The position numbers and the translations under genes were made by a program. This document shows, in pieces, positions 34,592 to 46,711 of a stretch of 48,020 nt of DNA (its first letter is position 1; each line of letters starts with the position of its first letter). The notes beneath the pieces are model-generated. The model did no database searches and was not told where the DNA came from. It saw nothing but the letters and a program-made list of their open reading frames with translations. Source of the DNA: Vezdaea acicularis (lineage: Eukaryota). The DNA is taken from positions 62,001 to 110,020 of the forward strand of contig JAPEUI010000056.1 of assembly GCA_026025075.1 (NCBI GenBank), read 5' to 3'.

Positions 34592-35571
34592 ATGGCGCCA
34601 CCTGAACAGGTCACTCCAGAGGGTACGTATATAGTTTACATTTATGACACGGTTGATACTGTTGTGTGAGCTCCTCACAGTTCATGGAAAATGAAGTCAT
34701 AATGGACTGTCAAAATCCCCCACCGCTCCTCCTAATGAATCTACTCCCTTGCTAACGCACAAATGCATAGTCCTTTGGGCTCAACGCTCTTCCTCCACCG
34801 ACGCCTCCAAAAACATAATCTACCTAACGATAATGGCACCGGACGTATCAGAGTCGAAGACAAAGCTGGACATCACCGCCACCCGCCTAACCTTCAGCGG
34901 CTATAGTGACACGAAGAAAGTAACCTACCATGTCGAGCTAGACCTATACGGCGAGATCGAGACCGAGGCCAAGCTTCACCACACCGCTCGCGATGTCGAG
35001 CTCATCCTTACCAAGAAAAAGCTTGAGACCGAGTATTGGCCCCGGCTACTGAAGGATAAGGCGAAGGCGCATTTCTTGAAGACGAACTTCGACAAGGTGG
35101 GTTCTGTCATCTTTTGGCTTTGGAAATTCCCGACTGACAAGGCTACGTAGTGGGTCGATGAGGATGAACAGAATGTGGTGCCTGATGAGCCTGACTATGG
35201 TGGAATGGGCGGTATGGGCGGTATGCCCGGTATGGGAGGTATGGGAGGCATGGGAGGTATGGGCGGAGACGATGGTGGATTCGGTGGCATTGATTTCTCC
35301 AAGCTTGGCGGAGGCGCTGGCGGTATGGGAGGCATGCCCGGCGACATGGACTTTGGGGACGACGAAGTAAGTGGCCCTTGCGAGACACTCCCACAATGCG
35401 TAGATACCACGACTAACCCGAAAGCATCAGGACGATGAAGAGCCCGGCCTCGAGGACGAAGAAGAAGAGAGCGCAGAGAAGACAGAGAAGCCCGCCGCCG
35501 GCTCAGCGAAGCCAACCGCAACAGAGCCCGAGGCCACGAAGGCCCCACCAAAGATCGAAGAGATCTCCTAG
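34592..35571 (+). CDS. SBA1: Hsp90 co-chaperone p23 (Sba1/Wos2)
   Basis: join(34592..34622,34771..35096,35151..35366,35431..35571). PEVLWAQRS, YWPRLLK, LKTNFDKWVDEDE, GGM repeats and an acidic tail. Confidence 0.95.
34639..34704 (+). other. Four-way-junction (cloverleaf-shaped) RNA fold in intron 1 of SBA1
   Basis: TTATGAC/GTCATAA closes three adjacent hairpins with linkers of 0-2 nt. Confidence 0.5.
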
Positions 35572-36585
35572 ATTGCTCACCTCGAATATCTGTTTGAGTT
35601 CTTCTCTTTGCAAGATAACAGGGGGACGCTTGGCATGATCAAATGAAGGCAGGGATGGTTATGCACGTTGGAGCATCCGATGAAATAGGGTGTAATCATA
35701 GACACGACACCATGAGCTCTTATAAACAAATCAAAATTTTCTTCGCCTTGACACTTGGACAACATCTTCAATTGTGACGTGCATCGCCCCAAAGTAGCAT
35801 TTATTTAAGCCATCCCCGTTCGCTTTCTATGAGCAACCCGTCCTTCGATCAATCCGTTCACAATGGCATCACGCTTCAATTTTGTTTTGCTGGGGGCACG
35901 AGCAAGGCCTTTTGCAGACAACTGTAAAAATTCACTAGCTAAGCTAATCTGAACCAAACCATGGAGTCGTCGCCGCGAGGCCTTATGGAAATCTTCAAAA
36001 AGGGATTTTGGAAGTAATTTCGTCTCTCCTCTCAAGCCATCACACACCAAGCCCCTCTACACACATTCTCTCTCTGTGGCCTTCTCCTTAAGCGATCCTC
36101 AACTTGCCACTCTTCGCATTCGTGCCCAATTTCCTCCATGTATGCCCCTCGGTTTATCCCTCAATCTTCAAAGCAGAGGTAGAAGAAAGAGAAAAAATAA
36201 AACGCCCATCGCTAAACATGCTAAAAAGGTCTCCTTTAAAAAAAAAGATGAGGTATAATAGATCCATACAAAAGGTGTTTTTTCGAGTGTTCGGAGAGGT
36301 TTTCGTTATGGCCGTGAGTGAAGGGGATACAAATATCTACTTGAAACAGAATTTCTCAAGATAAACCCCAAAAGGACAGGATAGGCTTGTCCCTTTGTGG
36401 GAAGAATGGTATGAAGGGGGTCGTCAACCCGTTCGCTCCCATGGAGAAGTCGAGCAACGAGCGCATGAAGGTAAGGCTGAGAAGAGGAGGAAATATAGAC
36501 AGAATGATAACGACAACCACAAGCCAGAGCATTAAAAACGGGAAGTTGCGTGAAAGATAGAAATGCGGGTAGATGGATCAGGGTA

Positions 36586-39500
36586 CTAAATCATCGTGCC
36601 GTCCGTGATTCCCAGTTTCGCCATCTCCGGCGTGATGTTGGCACGAACCTCGCGTGGATGGCGCTCCGCACGGCCGAGGGCACTGCGGTCCATCTGCTGC
36701 GGAACGGGTGGCGAGACCATGCGCGGGATGCTCTCATAGGGCGAGGCGCCACGCGAAATATCGAAGACGTTGCCGGGGGACTTCGTACGGCTGCGACTAC
36801 CGCTGCGCATGCGCTCGCGGATCTTGCTGCTGAAGCTGTCCGAGGTGTTGCGTCCGCGGTGCGTGCTATTGGAGCTTACGCCCGTGCCGGCTGAGACGGT
36901 GGACGAGGCGGGGGAGGGTTGGTCGACGGCTGGGGTGCCGTGGCGCGAGAGCGTTTCGATGGCGATGTTGATGACGCCGACCCCATCAGCACCAACTTGG
37001 TAGTTGGGCGGGTTGGGGACGAAGTTGACAGGGGCGGGAGGAGGTGGTGGAGGGACCTGCTGTGGATACCCGAACTGTCTAGAGACGGGAGGTGGAGGAG
37101 GTGGTTGCGGCTGCGCTAGATGCTGCAGCTCTGGCAAGACGGTTGGCTCTTCCTCTGGCTCCCCGACGGTAATGATGTTGGCACTGGGGGCATTAAGTGT
37201 CTCGTCAATGCTGACGATGGCGATGTTGGAGTTTCTGTTGGACGCCATGCGCATTTGATCAACGCCACGTCGCTGACTGGTAGGGAGACCTTGTCGGAAC
37301 CCAGGATGGGCTGGCAAGCCATTGGGTAGACCTTGCGGGATTCTGGCATCGTCTGGAATTGGAGCTGAGGCAGATCTTGGTGGAGGCTTCTGCCGACTTG
37401 GAGGAGCATACGACGAGCTTGGTAGTGGGGCAAGCGTGTCTGCGGCTTCTGACGGCGAGATAGTGTCGTCCGGTGAGTTGTGGCTGTGGCGAGTATTGCC
37501 GTTACTATTGCCGTTTCTATTGAGATTGCTGGTGTCCAAGCTAGACAAGTTTGACGGTATTTCAGGGACATTGGGGATGTCATCCTTGGACTCTTGACCC
37601 ATATACTTAGGGTGTCTCATCGCTCGAGGCGTCTGGGGGAGACCCATTGGTACGTTTGGCAGACGGTTACTCTTAGTCGACCGATATTGCGAAGAGGGCG
37701 AGACGGTCTTGCTCCTCAACATGTCTTGTTCCTTGTAAACAGAGTTAGGAGATTTGAAGTCACCGTCGGAGTCCACAGTACGCTCTTCGAAAGGAATGAA
37801 ACCTGGCGATAGGTTTTTGGGATGAGGTATTTGCGGCACGGATGGACGTCTTGCTAAGGAATTACGCCGTTCTTCCAAGTCACGGGCGGCAAGCTCCTTC
37901 ATCATCTCAGACTTCTGTTGACGCGATTCGCCACTTCTCGTGGATGTGTAGGAGTCTGCACGTCGTCGCAATGACCGCTCGGCTGGAGAACGATCTCTCC
38001 GCTCCCGCTGGCTTGGGATAGGCTTCTCTTTCGGGCGCCTGCTTGTAGATCTAGCGCGATGACGGTCTGGTGAGGGCTCCCGAACGGCGGGTTCACGAGG
38101 AACCCTGCTCGTACTTCTTTGGCGCGATCGATACCTCTTACGGTCGTCGATCCGGCGTTGCTCCCGCGCTTCCCTCTCCTCTTCGCTATATTGAGAGTCT
38201 GGCACCATAGGTAGTGGGGAAGACGGAGAGCGGTCACCAGATCCTTCAGATCTCAAGTTGCTTCGACCGCGGTTTGCACGGCTATAGCTGGTGTCTGGAC
38301 TCTGTCGTCGGCTGCCTGCCCTACTGGAAGCTCTGGCACCGAGCTTGCTTCCTGCTCGGCTGCCTGGCTTCCTCTCAGGGGAGTTTCTGCGGGAAGCATG
38401 ACGGCTTGAAGCCCTGGGCTTTGGTTCCAGGCGGGAGGAGCTGCTCTTTGGGTTGTAACTCCTGTAACTCCTGACATCGGACATTGGAGAGAGTGCTCCG
38501 TTAACACTAGAATCATCTTCGGTTCCGGATATTGGAACTAAAAGGTCATCCGGAGACATGGGGATTGGCGATGACGGAGAACGCTTGGCGGGCTTGATGT
38601 ATCTGATTGCACTTTTAGCACGGTCCTCCGATGAATCTCTAGTGGTTGGTTTTCTGCTGCTGCTTCGACCACGACCTCGGCGATCACCGGAGCCTCTTGG
38701 CTCACGACTTTGAGCCCGGGTACGACTCGCGGCACGTTGCTGCTTTGCGTAGTAGTTGGCCTCCTCAAGACTACTGATGTAGTTGTCAATGCTGCGGCCA
38801 GTTTTTAGAGGGCTCCTCAAAGAGGTGGACTGGGTCGTAAGCGATTCAGCCGTAAGTGGAGGGCTTGCAAGAGGTTCATCAGTGTTAGATCTTTGATGTT
38901 GCCGCCATCGCGACTTCTCGCTACCAGTCGGTGACATGTATTCACCGCTAATGACTGTTTCCATGGGAGGCCAGTCAATACGTAGTCCATCAGGTTTACG
39001 ATCGCGTGAGCCATTGCGAGATCTTGATTGCTCACGAAGAGCGGTGAAAGCACCCTGAGCGGGCGACGGGAGATTCTTCTTCGAGGTCTCCGACAAGGGA
39101 GTCCTCGAGCTTTCACGAGACCGGTCATATCTCGCAGAGCTCAAAGTCAGTGGCGCCGAGTCCATTGAGTTTCCAGTCTTCAGGGGCAAGTCGAGGACTT
39201 TGGTTTTGATCGTTGTCTTCGGTGTAGCATCATTAGGCGTTTCTCCAATAGATGGCAGGCGTGCACGATGATAGCTTCCCGGCGTAGCGGTCCTGTTACC
39301 GCCCTTTGGCCGAGTCAGCATGGCACTTTCGGGATCATCGAGCATGACGGCCGAATCAATGGGGGTGATGCCATCGATCCGATTCATTGGAGTCCGATCA
39401 GGGTCGACGTCGCCCAACCTCGCCTTGGCAACGTCCTTATCTCCGAAGCTGGTGATTAGTTTCAGAGACGCGTTCTTCTGCGTAAGTCGACTGCCCCCTG

Positions 39501-41970
39501 CACTGGTAGGTGGTGCAGCTAGGTGATCTAAAGATTGCATCTGTTCCGCAAACGTCGCCTTTTGCGCCCTGGGAGAGGTCCAATCTTCCGCGGGTTCTTG
39601 ACCAGTGCAGGCAAACAATCGGATAGCGAGTGTCTGCTCTCCATGAGCTACTTCATGCTTCCCCCATTTCTTCAAAAGCTCGGCGATCCGTTGCCAATGT
39701 TCGGAGAACACCAGACAGGTCAGTAGGACTGCTTCCATGTAGTATTTGTGAGACAAATAGAGCTCGACTGCATCGTCGTGGTCGCCTAAGCCGAGGAGAA
39801 TTGTTGCAGCAGTGTGAACCTCGCCCTTCGCAAGCAGACGCTGAACAAAGCCCTGCCAGACGGACTTAAGGTTGGATTGGCCATTGATCCCACTCAAAGC
39901 TAGCAGCATCCAGTCCGAGGCAGCCATACTCTCGTGACCGCCTATCGAAGACATGACATTGTCGTCCGCATCCCCAAGCCATTTGGAGAGTATAACTGCA
40001 TTCTGAGAGCCTGCTTGCTGATGGGCCAATTCATCCCGAATGAGTTCTTCAATATCATACTTCCAACCAAAGACTACACTAAGCATCTGTTTTCTCAGGT
40101 CGCTGGCAGTCAACTGGGTGTCATCGAATGGCTGAGGGAATTTGTGGGGTACATCACTCAACCGCGCAGAGGTATGCGCGAACAAGCTTCTATTCGTGTC
40201 GACTGGACTTGGAACGTATTCCTTCCGAAGACGAGACGGACGAGAATTGCGAGACGATGCAATCGACGGTGTGCCGCCAGTTGAAATGCTGACAGTATCA
40301 CCGCTGGTGTGCAGTGAAGAGCCCATGGAAAATTGAGTGCCATCGTTTGTAGTGCCTCTTGATGAGACCGATGCCCGCGACTTCGTATATTGTGGTCTCA
40401 TATAGGATGGTTGGGAGCTTGTAATCGAGGCAGCTCTGCTGCGCGCTGCAGATGAGGCTACACTCATAGCTCCAGAACGATCTCTCCGTCTCTTCTCCAT
40501 TTGGTCCATTTCCCTTGCAATCTTCTGTAGAGGCGAGAGCGGTTCATTTTCGGAAGAGTCTTCGGAGTCATTGATCAGAGGGACCAGCCCAGATGCAGAA
40601 ACATTAGCAGAGTGGATGCTGCTCTGCCCCACACTTTCCTCAATTGACACAGGCGGAGATGGCGGTGGTATAATGGGCATGTGACTGACACTTTTGACCA
40701 AGCAAGGAGGGTTCAAGTCGTATTGCTGTACAGAGTGGTCACGGCCGAGTGTGAAGAGTGTTGCTGTTGGTCCGTGAATGGCAATGCCTCTTACGCAATC
40801 GATCGTCGGTACAGCTTCGTACGAAACGTGCTTCGTTCGCACATCCCAAGCCGCAGTTGAACCTTCGGAATGCTGCACTATTCGGCCGTTCTTGGACCAA
40901 GCAAGCCAATTGGGGCCAGGTTGGTAGGTGTTGGACCTCTCCAATTTCCGGACTATCTTCGGCGTCTCACCAAATGGGTCCTTTGCAATACTCCAGACGC
41001 GTGAGTCTCCATCAAACGTCTGAGTGGCCAGCATATCAGCCTTCTGTCTTTGGGATGACCCATGCCAAGCAAGTGTCGCAATCGGTGAAGGGCCTCTTGA
41101 CGTTGTGAGGGTACTGCGTATGATGAAAGTAGGCTGAATGTTTGCAATGAGAACAGAGCCATTCATATATCTGGTAGGTGGGTGTTAGATTAATTTGGCC
41201 ATCAAGGGCATGGAAATGAGGATTTACCCAATAGCATATGTTCTACAGTCTGCGCTTGGTGCGAGCGCGGTGATCGGATCAAATATCGTTCGCGCAGAGA
41301 CGTGCTCCGATGTTCGTGGATCGAAGAGTATGACTTCGCCCTGCTCGTTACCGAAGGCTACATTCCCATTCCGAAGCCATGCTGCAACACGAATGACTTC
41401 GTACGAGGAGAAACGCGCAACCTCGTCGCCGGAGAATAGGTCCCAGACGATTGCGGTGCGTCCAGCATCGTAGCTGACCACCCAGCGGCCGGAGGCATCG
41501 CTCGCGTTGTCAACTGCGATCAACAGAACATCTTCCGTATGCCGCTGGAATCTTCGGTCCAGAGCAAGCGTGTCATGGTGTATGCAGAGAATTGAGGTTC
41601 CTTGCGCGAACAGGAACATAGAAGCCGTAGCGGCGCATGGTTCGAAGCTATTTCCCACATCTATCTGCGCTGGTATCCTGCCTTTGGCCGAAGCCCTCGA
41701 TCGACTCGACCCGAGGGACTTCGATCTGTTGCGATCCGAAGCTGGAGTGGACATGGCGTCGACCGCCTCGTCAGGATTGTGCACTGGCACAATTGATCAG
41801 TTAGAAGGCCGACTCTTCAAGAAAAGAAGAAAAGAGCCAGGTCGGCGGCAGCATTAATTGCACAAGGCATAAAAAAGGTCGGGGAAAATGGCTGGAAATA
41901 TGCTTATAGGACACGGCCCAGGTATGTATATCGGCAGAAATAGAAACTCACCGATGTGTTGCTCGTCCAT
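36586..41970 (-). CDS. Large WD40-repeat protein with a helical (TPR-like) middle domain and an RS/Pro-rich disordered tail
   Basis: complement(join(36586..41170,41228..41783,41952..41970)); the first micro-exon MDEQHI is inferred from GTGAGT...CTAAC...CAG. WD-type motifs AIVWDL, ILFDPR, SRVWSI, AAWDVR, VQQYDL; helical block LLAKGEVHTAATILLGLGDHDDAVELY. Confidence 0.85.
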
Positions 41971-42285
41971 GCCGTGCGCTCGCTTGTGCTTGAAAGGAGG
42001 GGGAGCCCCTTCATGCAGCAAAGGACGCTTGGTGCGCTCTTGGGTGCAGATTGGGGAGCAGCGGGACTTTAGGAGTGGCCGAGGGCAGCAGGGTATGGAG
42101 GGTATAGTCCGGATGGCAGGACGTGCCGTCTCGATTGAGCAATATTAGCGATTATCTCAGACCCGAGTCTGTGGCGGTTGTTCGTTCAAGGTTTCGCGGC
42201 TAGAGTGGACTTCTGAATGGCCCGAATGAACGCCGTGCATCCGTCAGGCTTCTGCCAGGAACCGTCCACCGTCCAGGTTATCGGA

Positions 42286-42297
42286 GGGGGGGGGGGG
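42286..42297. repeat. Poly-G/C tract (G12)
   Basis: 12 consecutive G about 320 bp upstream of the WD40 gene start. Confidence 0.9.
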
Positions 42298-43319
42298 TTG
42301 TGCTGAGGTCGACGTCGATATGCTCAAAGATGGAGAGGAGTCTTGGGGGGGGTAAAAGAGGGGTTTTGACAAGAAGAAATGCTAATTATCACATCAGCTG
42401 CCTCGAGTCAGGAGCGGTCCTCTCTTAAAGTGAGGCCAGAGGAATGGAGAGTAGGCCTCGCATGGGTTCGTCCGTACCTCTCGAATAAGCTTCGCCAGCA
42501 TCGAAGGTACCCAACGCAAGCGGCGAAAAACGCAGGTGTGGGGCGAAAGCTAACAATCAAGCAAGCACTGTACGACCCAGTCAGCACCGGCCTGCGGTCC
42601 CTTTTTTGTATCGAGGCAGACGTTCCAGGCTCGGATCGTTGAGCGTGGGAGGGAGAAGAGCAGATCGATAGGGATTGTCTTGCCCCGCAGCGTATGAAAA
42701 ATCAGCGAGGCGGTGGTCAGAGCAGGGCGCGTAATTTGGACATCGCAAGCTTCCTGTTGGATATTGGCTTGTGCTCTAAACCGTTGAAAGGCATCGCGCG
42801 GGCCGAGTCGGCGAGGTGTGATCATATATCGAACAAGTCAAATACGACTTCCTCCCTCCTTCGCGTCTCCCCTTGGATAGTCCATCCGTCCTTCTGATCT
42901 CGCCTCGTACCGAGCACGACGGATGAGAGGACGGAAGCTCCACTGACAAGCCACGGCACATGGCCGTCAAAACTGGCGTTGGGGGGTGCGGTATCAAGCG
43001 GCTTTCGGAAGCACGAATCGTTGGAGCAAGGACGCTGGGAGACTCGACCTAAGGGAACAAGATTAGCATGGGCAAGACAGACCATTTTCGCGGCGACGAC
43101 AGGGAATCAATGAGAGGGGACCCACGAGAGGGTTCAACCCGGACGGTGTGAGTGGTGCGCCCGCTGTGGAGAGCGTCGTCGATTCTGGGATGGCTGGGAG
43201 AAGTGCAGCCGTCGTGCGATCCGGCGGTGGTAGTGCGGCAAGTCAGAAGCAGGAGCACTAGGCACGCAAGCCGCGGGATTGGCCGGACCGTCACGCCCTC
43301 ACCACACCAGCCAAGTCCC

Positions 43320-43373
43320 CACCCAGTCACAACCCAGTCACAACCCTGCCCCAACCCTGCCCCAACCCTGCCC
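43320..43373. repeat. 11-bp-period minisatellite, G-quadruplex-capable
   Basis: (C[A]ACCCAGTCA)x2 followed by (CAACCCTGCCC)x3. Confidence 0.85.
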
Positions 43374-45790
43374 TTCCTGCGCCCGCAATCACACAAATCC
43401 CCCAATGAACACTCGCAGGCCTCTCAGAACTATCCGAAAGATGTCCACTAAGATCGATCCAGAATCGAGTGCGGCCGACGGAGATGGCCAAGGGCATCCG
43501 TCCTCCCCACCCACCGTCCCACACCATCACGGGCATTTCGATCCTCCTCGCTGCTTTCATCATGTGCAACTAACGTTGGGCCAGGAAACGGCCGCTGGGA
43601 CAACGTCTGTGTTGGCGGCTCCCTGCACCAACCAGAAGGTCACCAGCGGCGACCGCTTTTAGACCCCCTCTCGAAACGGGGCTGCTCATGAAACTCGTGT
43701 TTAACCTACCGAATCCTCCGACTGACGCCGTCATTACACTCACCTCTCCTCGCGAGCCCTGATCCTCGACGAACCACCGCATCGTCTATTGCTCAAACCT
43801 GCACATACCCCGCCTCTTCCGACGTTTGAGGTATTCAAGGCGATCCAGGGCTTGCTCACCGTGCTGTGTCTGTGCATTTCGACGCGGACAATGGAGAGAT
43901 CTCTATCACGCCGCATGGCTTCTTCGTCCTCGCGATAGGATGGACCTGGCTTCCTCTAACTCTAATGTCACTGTTCCCCACGGCCAACCGCATCTGATAG
44001 TTGTCGCGGCACACATTTCGTCGGCTATGGGAACCCTGTCTGGGCCTCCAGGAAAGCTGGGCTAGCATCGTGAAATGAGCGAACGGAGTCAAGATGACTT
44101 CCACGGCTTTCCCGTCAGTGGCTATGTTTAGACGCGACGCGATGGGCAGCAAGCTTGGAGATCGCACGTATCGTGGACTCGAGCACTTTCGCCGTCTCAG
44201 CGCATTGATTGACGTCTCAGCGCAGCTTCTGTTGTATGAGCATTATCGCAGTTGGCGGTAATCTCTAACATTCACGCAGTCAGCACCTAACGCGGTCATC
44301 TTTGCGGACACCTTCCCCAACATCTGCTGCAAATCGTCGCAATGTTAGTGCGAGCACTGCATTAGCATCCGCAATGCAAGCAACGCGGGAAAGCCCTCGA
44401 GGTTTCCCCGAGGATAGCTCCCGCTGCCTCATTTGCGCACAACATCTTCGACGACTCGAGCCGTCCGCAGAACGGCTTGCAGAAAGGGAGACCCCTAGCA
44501 AACATGCTCTCTGCGCTCTGTCATCACACTTTGGCGCCCGCTCTCTCCCGCGTTCGGCCAGCCCAAGCGCCAACCGCGCTCGTGGGTGATCATGGACGAT
44601 GCATCGATTCGACGATGTGCGATCCAACGATTCATGCAGAGTTTTTCCTATCGATTATCAAGGTTTTCAACGCTTTTATCGATAGAGTCACGGAGCAGCT
44701 CCTGAAAGCTGGTAGCGATCAGGGTTACAGCTCCCAGCGCATGGTCCGTGCTCCGATTCAAGGTCGATCATGTTCCAGTTCAACGTGCTGGATGTCCCAC
44801 CTCAGCGCGGACCGTGACACGGTGCGCGCGTCCCGCACCGAGTCTCAGTCAGCTCGCACAATCGCCTTATGAAGGTGGAGCCTAGACTCGGTGAGGAGAT
44901 ACATTGTCGCACGGGCCGGCCAGAGATGGCGGAATGGGAAATCAAAGTCGTGGGCGAGGGGGGATAACCAAGATCGGAGTCAACGAAACGGAATGCATTA
45001 GAAATCTATTAATGTTGCCCTGTCCTCATTGGCCAGGTTCAGAAAATCCCGCTGTCAATTCTCGAAGAATTACGGGTCTCGGTCCATTACGCGCCGGCAC
45101 TCACCGCATGCAGGCGCCTCCCGCCACCGTCACGTTCGTGCTCCCACGACTTTCCATGCTCACGATGCGCGTCTATGCACGACAGCTGAGCGGAAAAGGA
45201 GAGTGTTTCTGATCATTCTAGAATTCAAGCTGCTACGGAGAACTCTATCAACAAGCGTTTAGACGCCCACGTTCCTTCAGGAGTCCACACTAGACGCGCT
45301 GCGATGCGCCGCGACGACTTGCTTCAATCTCCCCCCTCCGATCAAAGTTCCGTCACACATCAAAGGCCGCGATAATGCGACCTCCACGCTGCAAGACAAG
45401 GAACACTGATCTGCATCTCTCCTCCACGTCATCTCCCCCTCTCGGTCGAGCTTTCGAGCTCTCGGACCCACTCTGCAGGTGATCACATCTTCATGTCGCT
45501 TCCCTTGCTCTAAAAGACCCCCGTCGACTTCCCATTCCAGCAGCCGGCCCTGAATATCATGAACAGGCACAAGCGAGCGACTCGCGGCTTGGCCCCGTCC
45601 TCTCAGCATGGCCATCAATCTCGCTCCGGACGATCTATATCACAAACACGCCCTCTCACAAGCCGTGATATTGCGACGGCACATCTGGACCTCGCGAGCA
45701 GCGCGCTTCCCATTGGCGGCTGTCATCGTATGTCTCGCATCGGCTAGAGATGACCTTGGCAGCGATCGCGAAAAGCGGTCCGGAGCCGTT

Positions 45791-45808
45791 GAGAGAGAGA
45801 GAGAGAGA
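45791..45808. repeat. (GA)9 microsatellite
   Basis: Read directly from the sequence. Confidence 0.9.
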
Positions 45809-46711
45809 ACGGCAAGGCGGGCTAGCATTCGGTCCGTCCGCAAGTAGCAACCCCTTGATGCGCGATCATCCGGCGGAGCCCGAGTTCCGAGTGCCATTCA
45901 ACGAAGTGTCTTCGTGCCCAATGCGGCCATGTATGTCCTGCAATCTTCTCGCGGTGTGGACTTCGTCTCATCACAGTCGCACACGCGACAACCGTTACAC
46001 GGCGTCGCTGCGACCTGCCTGCGCGACGACGGTGAGACGTTTCAATTTCTCGCGGCGAGCTCTTCCTTGCTGGAAGGCTTGGTGGCCGAGCGCCCTCTGC
46101 GCCACAATATCTGGATGCTATCGATAGCCAAGGCTGAGACAGCAGTCGAAGCCGGACGAATGGGCTCGGGGCGCAGAGTGCCCATGTAAGGCCATGTGGA
46201 CGACCTGTGACCCTTGAGGCGATCGGCGACTGGATGAACACCCGAACGCTTTGGGCACGATGTGCTGCGATCCAGACGTTTGACTTCTCGAACCGCCGAG
46301 ACATCGTGGACGCTGACGACTCCTGAGTCGCAGCTTTGCTTTGCTGCCTGAACCTGTCGACGCGCGAGGTTCGGCGCGATGCGAAGCCGTTGACGATCCA
46401 GTCATGACGGAGGCGACTATCGACTGCCGATTGTTGACTCGACTACCGTTGTGATGATCGACTATCGACTGCGACTTCTCGCGGAGTCACATCGTCGTAT
46501 TGCGCTTGGCGCTTTCGTTGTTGGTCGAGTTTCGTCTCTTATGAGTTATCGATGTCTCGCGATATGGATACTCATTTGCCGAGTATTACTGTTGTTTTTA
46601 TTATTCATTTTGTTTCTGTGTTGCCGTTAGCATCCCAGCATAGGAAGATATCACGTCCTTGTCAAGGTTGACGAACCTCAAGTCTTAAACCCTGAGACCA
46701 GTGTTGCTCCT

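Noticed and set aside
34642..34702. tRNA gene
   Set aside because: Cloverleaf topology, but only about 61 nt, with loops of 3-5 nt and no T-loop TTCRA or A/B boxes.
11897..41951. Stwintrons (nested introns) as an explanation for the longer introns
   Set aside because: The internal donor/acceptor combinations I tested did not regenerate a good external donor or the correct reading frame.
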